From contig JAXLNO010000115.1 in NCBI GenBank assembly GCA_038087875.1, forward strand, positions 1-56,758: a stretch of DNA of 56,758 nucleotides, in the 5' to 3' direction. Origin of the DNA: Malacoraja senta. Lineage: Eukaryota. This document shows, in pieces, positions 22,901 through 37,900 of this stretch. How positions within the stretch are numbered: the first letter of the stretch is position 1; every line of letters starts with the position of its first letter. A program made the position numbers and the translations under genes. Under the pieces are notes generated by a model. That model did no database searches and was not told where the DNA came from. It saw nothing but the letters and a program-made list of their open reading frames with translations.

Positions 22901-25900
22901 TTTGTTTTAATATGCAAATGGTGGTTTGCTTTGAAAATGCAAAAGGTGGTTTGCTTTTAAAATGCAAAAGGTGGTTTCGTTTGAAAATGCAAATGTTGGT
23001 TTTCAATGAAAATGTAAAAGGTGGTTTGCTTTGAAAATGCAAAAGGTGGTTTGGTATAAAAATGCCAAAATGTGGTTTGCTTTGAAAATGTAAAAGGTGG
23101 TTTGCTTTGAAAATGCAAACGGTCGTTTGCTTTGAAAATGCAAGAGGTGGTTTGCTGGTTTGCATTGAAAATGCAAAAGCTGTGTTTTAATGGAAATGCA
23201 AAATGTGGTTTGCTTTGAAAATGCAAAAGATGGTATGCTTTGAAAATGGAAAAGGTGGATTGAAAATGCAAAATGTAGTTTCCTTTGAAAATGCAAAAAG
23301 GTTTGCTTTAAAAATGCAATAGATGGTTTGCTTTGAAAATGGAAAAGGTGGTTTTCTTTGAAAATGCAAAAGGTGGTTTCCTTTGAAAATGCAAAAGGTG
23401 GTTTGCTTTGAAAATTCAAAAAGGTTTGCTTTAAAAAAGCAGTAGATGGTTTGCTTTGAAAATGGAAAAGGTGGTTTGAAAATGCAAAAGGTGGTTTCCT
23501 TTGAAAATGCAAAATGAGGTTTGCTTTGAATATGCAGTAGATGGTTTGCTTTGAAAATAGAAAAGGTGGTTTGCTTTGAAAATGCAAAAGATGGTTTGCT
23601 TTGAAATTGCAAAAAGTGGTTTGCTTTGAAAATGCAAAAGGTGGTTTGCTTTGAAAATACAAAACATTGTTTGATTTGAAAATGCAAAAAGTGGCTTTCT
23701 TTTAATATGCAAATGGTGGTTTGCTTTGAAAATGCAAAAGGTGGTTTGCTTTGAAAATGCAAAAGGTGGTTTGCTTTGAAAATGCAAATGTTAGTTTTGA
23801 TTGAAAACGTAAAAGGTGGTTTGCTTTGAAAATGCAAAAGGTGGTTTGGTATAAATATGCCAAAAAGTGGTTTGCTTTGAAAATGTAAAAGGTGGTATGC
23901 TTTGAAAATGCAAAAGGTGGTTTGCTGGTTTGCATTGAAAATGCAAAAGCTGCTTTTTAATGGAAATGTAAAAGGTGGTTTGCTTTGAAAATGCAAAAGG
24001 TGGTTTGCTTTGAAATGCAAAAGGTGGTTTGCTTTGAAAATGCAAAAAGGTTTGCTTTAAAAATGCAGTAGATGGTTTGCTTTGAAAATGGAAAAGGTGG
24101 TTTGCTTTGAAAATGCAAAAGATGGTTTGCTTTGAAATTGCAAAAAAGTGGTTTGCTTTGAAAATGCAAAAGGTGGTTTGCTTTGAAAATACAAAACGTT
24201 GTTTGATTTGAAAATGCAAAAAGTGGCTTTCTTTTAATATGCAAATGGTGGTTTGCTTTGAAAATGCAAAAGGTGGTTTGCTTTGAAAATGCAAATGTTG
24301 GTTTTGATTGAAAATGTAAAAGGTGGTTTGCTTTGAAAATGCAAAAGGTGGTTTGGTATAAAAATGCAAATGGTGGTTTGCTTTGAAAATGCAAAAGGTG
24401 GTTTGCTTTGAAAATGCAAACGGTCGTTTGCTTTTAAAATGCAAAAGGTGGTTTGCTGGTTTGCATTGGAAATGCAAAAGCTGTTTTTTAATGGAAATGC
24501 AAAAGGTGGTTTGCTTTGAAAATGAAAAGATGGTATGCTTTGAAAATGCAAAAAGGTTTGCTTTAAAAAAGCAGTAGATGGTTTGCTTTGAAAATGGAAA
24601 AGGTGGATTGAAATTGCAAAAGGTGGTTTCCTTTGAAAATGCAAAAAGGTTTGCTTTAAAAATGCATTAGATGGTTTGCTTTGAAAATGGAAAAGGTGGT
24701 TTGCTTTGAAAATGCAAAAGGTGGTTTGATTTGAAATTGCAAATGTGTGGTTTGCTTTGAACATGCAAAAAAAGGTGGTCTGCTTTGAAAATGCTAAAGG
24801 TGGTTTGCTTTGAAAATGCAAAAGGTGGTTTGCTTTGAAAATGCAAAAGGTGGTTTGCTTTGAAAATGCAAAAGGAGGTTTGCTTTGAAAATGCAAAAGG
24901 TCGTTTGCTCTGAAAATGCAAAAGGTCGTTTGCTTTTAATATGCAGTAGGTCGTTTGCTTTGAAAATGCAAAAGATTGTTTGCTTTCAAATTGCAAAAAA
25001 GTGGTTTGCTTTGAAAATGCAAAAGGTGGTTTGCTTTGAAAATACAAAACGTGGTTTAATTTGAAAATGCAAAAAGTGGCTTTGTTTTAATATGCAAATG
25101 GTGGTTTGCTTTGAAAATGCAAACGGTGGTTTACTTTTAAAATGCAAAAGGTGGTTTGCTTTGAAAATGCAAATGTTGGTTTTCAATGAAAATGTAAAAG
25201 TTGGTTTGATTTGAAAATGCAAAAGGTGGTTTGGTATAAAAATGCCAAAAAGTGGTTTGCTTTGAAAATGTAAAAGGTGGTTTGCTTTGAAAATGCAAAA
25301 GGTGGTTTTCTGGTTTGCATTGAAAATGCAGAAGCTGCTTTTTAATGGAAATGCAACAGGTGGTTTGCTTTGAAAATGCAAAAGATGGTATGCTTTGAAA
25401 ATGGAAAAGGTGTTTTGCTTTGAAAATGCAAAAGGTGGTTTGCTTTGAAAATTCAAAAAGGTTTGCTTTAAAAAAGCAGTAGATGGTTTGCATTGAAAAT
25501 GGAAAAGGTGGTTTGAAAATGCAAAAGGTGGTTTCCTTTGAAAATGCAAAAGGAGGTTTGCTTTGAAAATACAAAAGGTCGTTTGCTCTGAAAATGCAAA
25601 AGTTCGTTTGCTTTTAATATGCAAAAGGTCGTTTGCTTTGAAAATGCAAAAGATTGTTTGCTTTGAAATTGCAAAAAAGTGGTTTGCTTTGAAAATGCAA
25701 AATTGGTTTGCTTTGAAAATACAAAACGTGGTTTGATTTGAAAATGCAAAAAGTGGCTTTGTTTTAATATGCAAATGGTGGTTTGCTTTGAAAATGCAAA
25801 AGGTGGTTTGCATTTAAAATGCAAAAGGTGGTTTCGTTTGAAAATGCAAATGTTGGTTTTCAATGAAAATGTAAAAGGTGATTTGCTTTGAAAATGCAAA

Positions 25901-28900
25901 AGGTGGTTTGGTATAAAAATGCCAAAATGTGGTTTGCTTTGAAAATGTAAAAGGTGGTTTGCTTTGAAAATGCAAACGGTCGTTTGCTTTGAAAATGCAA
26001 AAGGTGGTTTGCTGGTTTGAATTGAAAATGCAAAAGCTGCGTTTTAATGGAAATGCAAAATGTGGTTTGCTTTGAAAATGCAAAAGATGGTATGCTTTGA
26101 AAATGCAAAAAGGTTTGCTTTAAAAAAGCAGTAGATGGTTTGCTTTGAAAATGGAAAAGGTGGATTGAAAATGCAAAATGTGGTTTCTTTTGAAAATGCA
26201 AAAGGTGGTTTGCTTTGAAAATTCAAAAAGGTTTGCTTTAAAAAAGCAGTAGATGGTTTGCTTTGAAAATGGAAAAGGTGGTTTGAAAATGCAAAAGGTG
26301 GTTTCCTTTGAAAATGCAAAATTAGGTTTGCTTTGAATATGCAGTAGATGGTTTGCTTTGAAAATAGAAAAGGTGGTTTGCTTTGAAAATGCAAAAGATG
26401 GTTTGCTTTGAAATTGCAAAAAAGTGGTTTGCTTTGAAAATGCAAAAGGTGGTTTGCTTTGAAAATACAAAACATTGTTTGATTTGAAAATGCAAAAAGT
26501 GGCTTTCTTTTAATATGCAAATGGTGGTTTGCTTTGAAAATGCAAAAGGTGGTTTGCTTTGAAAATGCAAAAGGTGGTTTGCTTTGAAAATGCAAATGTT
26601 GGTTTTGATTGAAAACGTAAAAGGTGGTTTGCTTTGAAAATGCAAAAGGTGGTTTGGTATAAATATGCCAAAAAGTGGTTTGCTTTGAAAATGTAAAAGG
26701 TGGTATGCTTTGAAAATGCAAAAGGTGGTTTGCTGGTTTGCATTGAAAATGCAAAAGCTGCTTTTTAATGGAAATGTAAAAGGTGGTTTGCTTTGAAAAT
26801 GCAAAAGGTGGTTTGCTTTGAAATGCAAAAGGTGGTTTGCTTTGAAAATGCAAAAAGGTTTGCTTTAAAAATGCAGTAGATGGTTTGCTTTGAAAATGGA
26901 AAAGGTGGTTTGCTTTGAAAATGCAAAAGATGGTTTGCTTTGAAATTGCAAAAAAGTGGTTTGCTTTGAAAATGCAAAAGGTGGTTTGCTTTGAAAATAC
27001 AAAAAGTTGTTTGATTTGAAAATGCAAAAAGTGGCTTTCTTTTAATATGCAAATGGTGGTTTGCTTTGAAAATGCAAAAGGTGGTTTGCTTTGAAAATGC
27101 AAAAGGTGGTTTGCTTTGAAAATGCAAATGTTGGTTTTGATTGAAAATGTAAAAGGTGGTTTGCTTTGAAAATGCAAAAGGTGGTTTGGTATAAAAATGC
27201 AAATGGTGGTTTGCTTTGAAAATGCAAAAGGTGGTTTGCTTTGAAAATGCAAACGGTCGTTTGCTTTTAAAATGCAAAAGGTGGTTTGCTGGTTTGCATT
27301 GGAAATGCAAAAGATGTTTTTTAATGGAAATGCAAAAGGTGGTTTGCTTTGAAAATGCAAAAGATGGTATGCTTTGAAAATGCAAAAAGGTTTGCTTTAA
27401 AAAAGCAGTAGATGGTTTGCTTTGAAAATGGAAAAGGTGGATTGAAATTGCAAAAGGTGGTTTCCTTTGAAAATGCAAAAAGGTTTGCTTTAAAAATGCA
27501 TTAGATGGTTTGGTTTGAAAATGGAAAAGGTGGTTTGCTTTGAAAATGCAAAAGGTGGTTTGATTTGAAATTGCAAATGTGTGGTTTGCTTTGAACATGC
27601 AAAAAAAGGTGGTCTGCTTTGAAAATGCTAAAGGTGGTTTGCTTTGAAAATGCAAAAGGTGGTTTGCTTTGAAAATGCAAAAGGTGGTTTGCTTTGAAAA
27701 TGCAAAAGGAGGTTTGCTTTGAAAATGCAAAAGGTCGTTTGCTCTGAAAATGCAAAAGGTCGTTTGCTTTTAATATGCAGAAGGTCGTTTGCTTTGAAAA
27801 TGCAAAAGATTGTTTGCTTTCAAATTGCAAAAAAGTGGTTTACTTTGAAAATGCAAAAGGTGGTTTGCTTTGAAAATACAAAACGTGGTTTAATTTGAAA
27901 ATGCAAAAAGTGGCTTTGTTTTAATATGCAAATGGTGGTTTGCTTTGAAAATGCAAAAGGTGGTTTACTTTTAAAATGCAAAAGGTGGTTTGCTTTGAAA
28001 ATGCAAATGTTGGTTTTCAATGAAAATGTAAAAGGTGGTTTGATTTGAAAATGCAAAAGGTGGTTTGGTATAAAAATGCCAAAAAGTGGTTTGCTTTGAA
28101 AATGTAAAAGGTGGTTTGCTTTGAAAATGCAAAAGGTGGTTTGCTGGTTTGCATTGAAAATGCAAAAGCTGCTTTTTAGTGGAAATGTAAAAGGTGGTTT
28201 GCTTTGAAAATGCAAAAGGTGGTTTGCTTTTAAATGCAAAAGGTGGTTTGCTTTGAAAATGCAAAAGATGATTTGCTTTGAAAATGCTAAATGTGGTTTG
28301 CTTTGAAAATGCAAAAAGTGGTTTGCTTTGAAAATGCAAAAGGTGGTTTGCTGGTTTGCATTGAAAATGCAAAAGGTGGTTTGGTATAAAAATGCCAAAA
28401 TGTGGTTTGCTTTGAAAATGTAAAAGGTGGTTTGCTTTGAAAATGCAAACGGTCGTTTGCTTTGAAAATGCAAAAGGTGGTTTGCTGGTTTGCATTGAAA
28501 ATGCAAAAGCTGCGTTTTAATGGAAATGCAAAATGTGGTTTGCTTTGAAAATGCAAAAGATGGTATGCTTTGAAAATGCAAAAAGGTTTGCTTTAAAAAA
28601 GCAGTAGATGGTTTGCTTTGAAAATGGAAAAGGTGGATTGAAAATGCAAAATGTGGTTTCCTTTGAAAATGTAAAAAGGTTTGCTTTAAAAATGCAATAG
28701 ATGGTTTGCTTTGAAAATGGAAAAGGTGGTTTTCTTTGAAAATGCAAAAGGTGGTTTCCTTTGAAAATGCAAAAGGTGGTTTGCTTTGAAAATTCAAAAA
28801 GGTTTGCTTTAAAAAAGCAGTAGATGGTTTGCTTTGAAAATGGAAAAGGTGGTTTGAAAATGCAAAAGGTGGTTTCCTTTGAAAATGCAAAATGAGGTTT

Positions 28901-31900
28901 GCTTTGAATATGCAGTAGATGGTTTGCTTTGAAAATAGAAAAGGTGGTTTGCTTTGAAAATGCAAAAGATGGTTTGCTTTGAAATTGCAAAAAAGTGGTT
29001 TGCTTTGAAAATGCAAAAGGTGGTTTGCTTTGAAAATACAAAACATTGTTTGATTTGAAAATGCAAAAAGTGGCTTTCTTTTAATATGCAAATGGTGGTT
29101 TGCTTTGAAAATGCAAAAGGTGGTTTGCTTTGAAAATGCAAAAGGTGGTTTGCTTTGAAAATGCAAATGTTGGTTTTGATTGAAAACGTAAAAGGTGGTT
29201 TGCTTTGAAAATGCAAAAGGTGGTTTGGTATAAATATGCCAAAAAGTGGTTTGCTTTGAAAATGTAAAAGGTGGTATGCTTTGAAAATGCAAAAGGTGGT
29301 TGGCTGGTTTGCATTGAAAATGCAAAAGCTGCTTTTTAATGGAAATGTAAAAGGTGGATTGCTTTGAAAATGCAAAAGGTGGTTTGCTTTGAAATGCAAA
29401 AGGTGGTTTGCTTTGAAAATGCAAAAAGGTTTGCTTTAAAAATGCAGTAGATGGTTTGCTTTGAAAATGGAAAAGGTGGTTTGCTTTGAAAATGCAAAAG
29501 ATGGTTTGCTATGAAATTGCAAAAAAGTGGTTTGCTTTGAAAATGCAAAAGGTGGTTTGCTTTGAAAATACAAAACGTTGTTTGATTTGAAAATGCAAAA
29601 AGTGGCTTTCTTTTAATATGCAAATGGTGGTTTGCTTTGAAAATGCAAAAGGTGGTTTGCTTTGAAAATGCAAAAGGTGGTTTGATTTGAAAATGCAAAT
29701 GTTGGTTTTGATTGAAAATGTAAAAGGTGGTTTGCTTTGAAAATGCAAAAGGTGGTTTGGTATAAAAATGCAAATGGTGGTTTGCTTTGAAAATGCAAAA
29801 GGTGGTTTGCTTTGAAAATGCAAACGGTCGTTTGCTTTTAAAATGCAAAAGGTGGTTTGCTGGTTTGCATTGGAAATGCAAAGCTGTTTTTTAATGGAAA
29901 TGCAAAAGGTGGTTTGCTTTGAAAATGCAAAAGATGGTATGCTTTGAAAAAGCAAAAAGGTTTGCTTTAAAAAAGCAGTAGATGGTTTGCTTTGAAAAAT
30001 GGAAAAGGTGGATTGAAATTGCAAAAGGTGGTTTCCTTTGAAAATGCGAAAAGGTTTGCTTTAAAAATGCATTAGATGGTTTGCTTTGAAAATGGAAAAG
30101 GTGGTTTGCTTTGAAAATGCAAAAGGTGGTTTGATTTGAAATTGCAAATGTGTGGTTTGCTTTGAACATGCAAAAAAAGGTGGTCTGCTTTGAAAATGCT
30201 AAAGGTGGTTTGCTTTGAAAATGCAAAAGGTGGTTTGCTTTGAAAATGCAAAAGGTGGTTTGCTTTGAAAATGCAAAAGGAGGTTTGCTTTGAAAATGCA
30301 AAAGGTCGTTTGCTCTGAAAATGCAAAAGGTCGTTTGCTTTTAATATGCAGAAGGTCGTTTGCTTTGAAAATGCAAAAGATTGTTTGCTTTGAAATTGCA
30401 AAAAAGTGGTTTGCTTTGAAAATGCAAAAGGTGGTTTGCTTTGAAAATACAAAACGTGGTTTAATTTGAAAATGCAAAGAGTGGCTTTGTTTTAATATGC
30501 AAATGGTGGTTTGCTTTGAAAATGCAAAAGGTGGTTTACTTTTAAAGTGCAAAAGGTGGTTTGCTTTGAAAATGCAAATGTTGGTTTTCAATGAAAATGT
30601 AAAAGGTGGTTTGATTTGAAAATGCAAAAGGTGGTTTGGTATAAAAATGCCAAAAAGTGGTTTGCTTTGAAAATGTAAAAGGTGGTTTGCTTTGAAAATG
30701 CAAAAGGTGGTTTGCTGGTTTGGATTGAAAATGCAAAAGCTGCTTTTTAGTGGAAATGTAAAAGGTGGTTTGCTTTGAAAATGCAAAAGGTGGTTTGCTT
30801 TGAAATGCAAAAGGTGGTTTGCTTTGAAAATGCAAAAAGGTTTGCTTTAAAAATGCAGTAGATGGTTTGCTTTGAAAATGCAAAAGATGGTTTGCTTTGA
30901 AATTGCAAAAAAGTGGTTTGCTTTGAAAATGCAAAAGGTGATTTGCTTTGAAAATACAAAACGTTATTTGATTTGAAAATGCAAAAAGTGGCTTTCTTTT
31001 AATATGCAAATGGTTGTTTGCTTTGAAAATTCAAAAGGTGGTTTGCTTTTAAAATGCAAAAGGTAGTTTGCTTTGAAAATGCAAATGTTGGTTTTCATTG
31101 AAAATGTAAAAGGTGGTTTGCTTTGAAAATGCAAAAGGTGGTTTGGTATAAAAATGCCAAAAAATGGTTTGCTTTGAAAATGCAAAAGGTAGTTTGCTTT
31201 GAAAATGCAAACGGTCGTTTGCTTTGAAAATGGAAAAGGTGGTTTGCTGATTTACATTGTAAGTGCAAAATCTGCTTTTTAATGGAAATTCAAAAGGTGG
31301 TTTGCTTTGAAAATGCAAAAGATGGTATGCTTTGAAAATGCAAAAAGGTTTGCTTTAAAAAAGCAGTAGATGGTTTGCTTTGAAAATGGAAAAGGTGGAT
31401 TGAAATTGCAAAAGGTGGTTTCCTTTGAAAATGCAAAAAGGTTTGCTTTAAAAATGCAGTAGATGGTTTGCTTTGAAAATGGAAAAGGTGGTTTGATTTG
31501 AAAATGCAAAAGGTGGTTTAATTTGAAATTCTAAATGTGTGGTTTGCTTTGAACATGCAAAAAAAGGTGGTCTGCTTTGAAAATGTTAAAGGTGGTTTGC
31601 TTCGAAAATGCAAAAGGTGGTTTGCTTTGAAATTGCAAAAGGTGGTTTGCTTTGAAAATACAAAACGTTATTTGATTTGAAAATGCAAAAAGTGGCTTTC
31701 TTTTAATATGCAAATGGTTGTTTGCTTTGAAAATTCAAAAGGTGGTTTGCTTTTAAAATGCAAAAGGTAGTTTGCTTTGAAAATGCAAATGTTGGTTTTC
31801 ATTGAAAATGTAAAAGGTGGTTTACTTTGAAAATGCAAAAGGTGGTTTGGTATAAAAATGCCAAAAAGTGGTTTGCTTTGAAAATGCAAAAGGTAGTTTG

Positions 31901-34900
31901 CTTTGAAAATGCAAACGGTCGTTTGCTTTGAAAATGGAAAAGGTGGTTTGCTGATTTACATTGTAAGTGCAAAATCTGCTTTTTAATGGAAATTCAAAAG
32001 GTGGTTTGCTTTGAAAATGCAAAAGATGGTATGCTTTGAAAATGCAAAAAGGTTTGCTTTAAAAAAGCAGTAGATGGTTTGCTTTGAAAATGGAAAAGGT
32101 GGATTGAAATTGCAAAAGGTGGTTTCCTTTGAAAATGCAAAAAGGTTTGCTTTAAAAATGCAGTAGATGGTTTGCTTTGAAAATGGAAAAGGTGGTTTGC
32201 TTTGAAAATGCAAAAGGTGGTTTAATTTCAAATTCTAAATGTGTGGTTTGCTTTGAACATGCAAAAAAAGGTGGTCTGCTTTGAAAATGTTAAAGGTGGT
32301 TTGCTTCGAAAATGCAAAAGGTGGTTTGCTTTGAAATTGCAAAAGGTGGTTTGCTTTGAAAATGCAAAAGGAGGTTTGCTTTGAAAATGCAAATGGTCGT
32401 TTGTTCTATAAATGCAAACGGTCGTTTGCTATTAATGTGCGAAAGGTCGTTTGCTTTGAAAATGCAAAAGATTGTTTGCTTTGAATTTGCAAAAAAAGTG
32501 GTTTGCTTTGAAAATGCAAAAGGTGGTTTGCTTTGAAAATACAAAACGTGGTTTGATTTGAAAATGCAAAAAGTGGCTTTGTTTTAATATGCAAATGGTG
32601 GTTTGCTTTGAAAATGCAAAAGGTGGTTTGCTTTTAAAGTGCAAAAGGTGGTTTGCTTTGAAAATGCAAATGTTGGTTTTCAATGAAAATGTAAAAGGTG
32701 GTTTGCTTTGAAAATGCAAAAGGTGGTTTGGTATAAAAATGCCAAAAAGTAGTTTGCTTTGAAAATGTAAAAGGTGGTTTGCTTTGAAAATGCAAAAGAT
32801 GGTATGCTTTGAAAATGCTAAAAGGTTTGCTTTAAAAAAGCAGTAGATGGTTTGCTTTTTAAAATGGAAAAGGTGGATTGAAAATGCAAAAGGTGGTTTC
32901 CTTTGAAAATGCAAAAATGTTTGCTTTAAAAATGCAGTAGATGGTTTGCTTTGAAAATGGAAAAGGTGGTTTGCTTTGAAAATGCAAAAGATGGTTTGCT
33001 TTGAAATTGCAAAAAAGTGGTTTGCTTTGAAAATGCAAAAGGTGGTTTGCTTTGAAAATACAAAACGTTGTTTTATTTGAAATTGCAAAAGGTGGTTTGC
33101 TGATTTGCATTGAAAATGCAAAAGCTGCTTTTTAATGGAAATGCAAAAGGTGGTTTGCTTTGAAAATGCAAAAGATGGTATGCTTTGAAAATGCAAAAAG
33201 GTTTGCTTTAAAAAAGCAGTAGATGGTTTACTTTGAAAATGGAAAAGGTGGATTGAAAATGCAAATGGTGGTTTGGTATAAAAATGCGAAAAAGTGGTTT
33301 GGTTTGAAAATGCAAAAGGTGGTTTGCTTTGAAAATGGAAACGGTCGTTTGCTTTGAAAATGCAAAAGGTGGTTTGCTGGTTTGCATTGAAAATGCAAAA
33401 GCTGCCTTTTAATGGAAATGCAAAAGGTGGTTTGCTTTGAAAATGCAAAAGGTGGTTTGCTTTGAATATGAAAAAGCTGGTTTGCTTTGAAAATGCTAAA
33501 GGTTTGCTTTGAAAATGCAAAGGGTTTACTTTGATAATGCAAAAGGTTTGCTTTGAAAATGCAAATGGTGGTTTGCTTTTAAAATGAAAAAGGTGGGTTG
33601 CATTGAAAATGCAAACGTTGGTTTGCTTGGAAATTGCAAAAAGTGGTTTCCTTTGAAAATGCAAATGGTGGTTTGCTTTGAAAAGGCAAAAGGTGGTTTG
33701 CTATAAAAATGCCAAAAGGAGGTTTGCTTTCAAAATGCTAAATGTGGTTTTCTTTGAAAATGCAAAAGGTCCTTTGCTTTGAAAATGCAAAAGGTTTACT
33801 ATGAAAATGCAAAAGTTGGTTTGCTGGTTTGAATTGAAAATGAAAAAGGTGGTTTGCTTTGAAAATACACAAGGTGGTTTGCTTTGAAAAAGCAAAAGGT
33901 GGTTTGCTTTGAAAATACAAAAGGTGGTTTGCTTTGAAAATGCAAAAGGTGGCTTGCTTTTAATATGCAAAAGATGGTTTGCTTTTAAAATGCAAAAGGT
34001 GTTTTGGTTTTAAAATGCAAAAGGTGGTTTGGTTTTAAAATGGAAATGTTGGTTTGCTTTGAAAATGCAAAAGGTGGTTTGCTTTGAAAATGCAAAAGAT
34101 GATTTGCTTTGAAAATGCTAAATGTGGTTTGCTTTGAAAATGCAAAAAGTGGGTTGCTTTGAAAATGCAAAAGGTGGTTTGCTGGTTTGCATTGAAAATG
34201 CAAAAGGTGGTTTACTTTGAAAATACAAAAGGTGGTGGGCTTTGAAAATGCAAAAGCTGATTTGCTTTGAAAATGCAAAAGGTCGTTTGCTTTGAAAGTG
34301 CAAAAGGTAGATTGCTTTGAAAATGTTAAATGTGGTTTGCTTTGAAAATGCAAAAAAGTGGTTTGGTTTGAAAATGGAAAAGGTGGTTTGCTTTGAAAAT
34401 GCTATAAGTGGTTTGCTTTGAAAATGCAAACGGTGCTTTGCTTTGAAATTGCAAAAGGTGGTTTGCTTTGAAAATGCGTAAAAAATTGCTTTGAAAATGC
34501 AAAAGGTGGTTTGCTTTGAAAATGCAAAAGATGGCTTGTTTTGAAAATGCAAAAGGTGGTTTGTTTTGAAAATGCAAAAGGTGGTTTGCTTTGAAAATGC
34601 AAAAGGTGGTTTGCTTTGAATAGGTGGTTTGCTTTGAAAATGCAAAAGATGGTTAGCTTTGAAAATGCAAAAGGTTTGCTTTGAAAATGCAAAAGATGGT
34701 TTGCTTTGAAAAGGCAAAAGGTGGTTTGCTATAAAAATGCCAAAAGGAGGTTTGCTTTCAAAATGCTAAATGTGGTTTTCCTTTAAAATGCAAAAGGTCC
34801 TTTGCTTTGAAAATGCAAAAGGTTTGCTATGAAAATGCAAAAGTTTCTTTGCTGGTTTGCATTGAAAATGAAAAAGGTGGTTTGCTTTGAAAATACACAA

Positions 34901-37900
34901 GGTGGTTTGCTTTGAAAATGCAAAAGGTGGTTTGCTTTGAAAATACAAAAAGTGGTTTGCTTTGAAAATGCAAAAGGTGGCTTGCTTTTAATATGCAAAA
35001 GATGGTTTGCTTTTAAAATGCAAAAGGTGTTTAGGTTTTAAAATGCAAAAGGTGGTTTGGTTTTAAAATGGAAATGTTGGTTTGCTTTGAAAATGCAAAA
35101 GGTGGTTTGCTTTGAAAATGCAAAAGGTGATTTGCTTTGAAAATGCTAAATGTGGTTTGCTTTGAAAATGCAAAAAGTGGTTTGCTTTGAAAATGCAAAA
35201 GGTGGTTTGCTGGTTTGCATTGAAAATGCAAAAGTTGGTTTACTTTGAAAATGCAAAAGGTGGTGGGCTTTGAAAATGCAAACGCTGATTTGCTTTGAAA
35301 ATGCAAAAGGTCGTTTGCTTTGAAAGTGCAAAAGGTAGTTTGCTTTGAAAATGTTAAATGTGGTTTGCTTTGAAAATGCAAAAAAGTGGTTTGGTTTGAA
35401 AATGCAAAAGGTGGTTTGCTTTGAAAATGCTATAAGTGGTTTGCTTTGAAAATGCAAAAGGTGCTTTGCTTTGAAATTGCAAAAGGTGGTTTGCTTTGAA
35501 AATGCAAAAGGTGGTTTGCTTTGAAAATGCGAAAAAAAATTGCTTTGAAAATGCAAAAGGTGGTTTGCTTTGAAAATGCAAAAGATGGTTTGATTTGAAA
35601 ATGCAATAGGTGGTTTGCTTTGAAAATGCAAAAGGTGGTTTGCTTTGAAAAGGTGGTTTGCTTTGAAAATGCATAAGGTGGTTTGCTTTGAAAATGCAAA
35701 AGATGGTTAGCTTTGAAAATGCAAAAGGTTTGCTTTGAAAATGCAAAAGATGGTTTGCTTTGAAAATGCAAATGGTGATTCGCTTTGAAAAGGTGGTTTG
35801 CTTTGAAAATGCATAAGGTGGTTTGCTTTGAAAATATAAAAGGTGGTTCGCTTTGAAATTGCAAAAAGTGGTTTGCTTTGAAAATGCAAAAGGTGGTTTG
35901 CTTTATAATGCAAAAGGTGGTTTGCTTTAAAAATGCAAAAGGTGGTTTGCTTTGAAAATACAATATGTGCTTTGCTTTGAAAATGCAAAAGGTGATTTGT
36001 TTTGAAAATGCAAAAGGTGGTTTGCCATGAAAATGCAAAAGGTGGTTTGCTTAGAATAGGTGGTTTGCTTTGAAAATGCATAAGGTGGTTTGCATTGAAA
36101 ATGCATAACGTTGTTTGCTTTGAAATTGCAAAAAGTGGTTTGCTTTGAAAATGCAAAACGTGGTTTGCTTTGAAAATGCAAATGTTGGTTTTCATTGAAA
36201 ATGTAAAAGGTGGTTTGCTTTGAAAATGCAAAAAGTGGTTTGCTTTGAAAATGCAAAAGGTGGTTTGCTGTTTGCATTGAAAATGCAAAAGGTGTTTTAG
36301 TTTGAAAATGCAAAATGTGGTTTGCTTTGAAAATGCAAAAGGTGATTTGCTTTGAAAATGCTAAATGTGGTTTGCTTTGAAAATGCAAAAAGTGGTTTGC
36401 TTTGAAAATGCAAAAGGTGGTTTGCTGGTTTGCATTGAAAATGCAAAAGGTGGTTTACTTTGAAAATGCAAAAGGGGATGGGCTTTGAAAATGCAAAAGG
36501 TGATTTGCTTTGAAAATGCAAAAGGTCGTTTGCTTTGAAAGTGCAAAAGGTAGTTTGCTTTGAAAATGTTAAAGGGGGTTTGCTTTGAAAATGCAAAAAT
36601 GCGGTTTGTTTGTAAAATGCAAAAGGTGGTTTGCTTTGAAAATGCTAAAACTGGTTTGCTTTGAAAATGCTAAAAGTGGTTTGCTTTGAAAATGCAAAAG
36701 GTGGTTTGCTGGTTTGCATTGAAATTGCAAAAGGTGGTTTGCTTTGAAAATGCAAAAGCTGGGTTGTTTTGAAAATGCGAAAAAAAATTGCTTTGAAAAT
36801 GCAAAATGTGGTTTCTTTGAAAATGCAAAAGGTGGTTTGTATTGAAAATACAAAAGGTGGTTTGTTTTGAAAATGGAAAAGGTGGTTTGCTTAGAATAGG
36901 TGGTTTGCTTTGAAAATGCATTAGGTGGTTTGCATTGAAAATGCATAACGTTGTTTGCTTTGAAATTGCACAAAGTGGTTTGCTTTGAAAATGCAAAACG
37001 TGGTTTGCTTTGAAATGCAAAAGGTGGTTTGCTTTGAAAATTCAAAATGTGGTTTGCTTTGAAAATGCAAAAAGTGGTTTGCTTTGAAAATGCAAAAGGT
37101 GGTTTGCTGTTTGCATTGAAAATGCAAAAGGTGTTTTAGTTTGAAAATGCAAAATGTGGTTTGCTTTGAAAATGCAAAAGGTGATTTGCTTTGAAAATGC
37201 TAAATGTGGTTTGCTTTGAAAATGCAAAAAGTGGTTTGCTTTGAAAATGCAAAAGGTGGTTTGCTGGTTTGCATTGAAAATGCAAAAGGTGGTTTACTTT
37301 GAAAATGCAAAAGGTGATGCGCTTTGAAAATGCAAAAGGTGATTTGCTTTGAAAATGCAAAAGGTCGTTTGCTTTGAAAGTGCAAAAGGTAGTTTGCTTT
37401 GAAAATGTTAAAGCGGGTTTGCTTTGAAAATGCAAAAATGCGGTTTGCTTGTAAAATGCAAAAGGTGGTTTGCTTTGAAAATGCTAAAACTGGTTTGCTT
37501 TGAAAATGCTAAAAGTGGTTTGCTTTGAAAATGCAAAAGGTGGTTTGCTGGTTGGCATTGAAATTGCAAAAGGTGGTTTGCTTTGAAAATGAAAAAGCTG
37601 GGTTGTTTTGAAAATGCGAAAAAAAATTGCTTTGAAAATGCAAAATGTGGTTTCTTTGAAAATGCAAAAGGTGGTTTGTATTGAAAATACAAAAGGTGGT
37701 TTCTTTTGAAAATGCAAAAGGTGGTTTGCTTTGAAAATGCAAAAGTTGGTTTGCTTTGAAAATGCAAAAGGTGGTTTGCTTTGAAAATGCAAAAGCTGGT
37801 TTGTTTTGAAAATGCGAAACAAAATTGCTTTGAAAATGCAAAATGTGGTTTCTTTGAAAATGCAAAAGGTGGTTTGTATTGAAAATACAAAAGGTGGTTT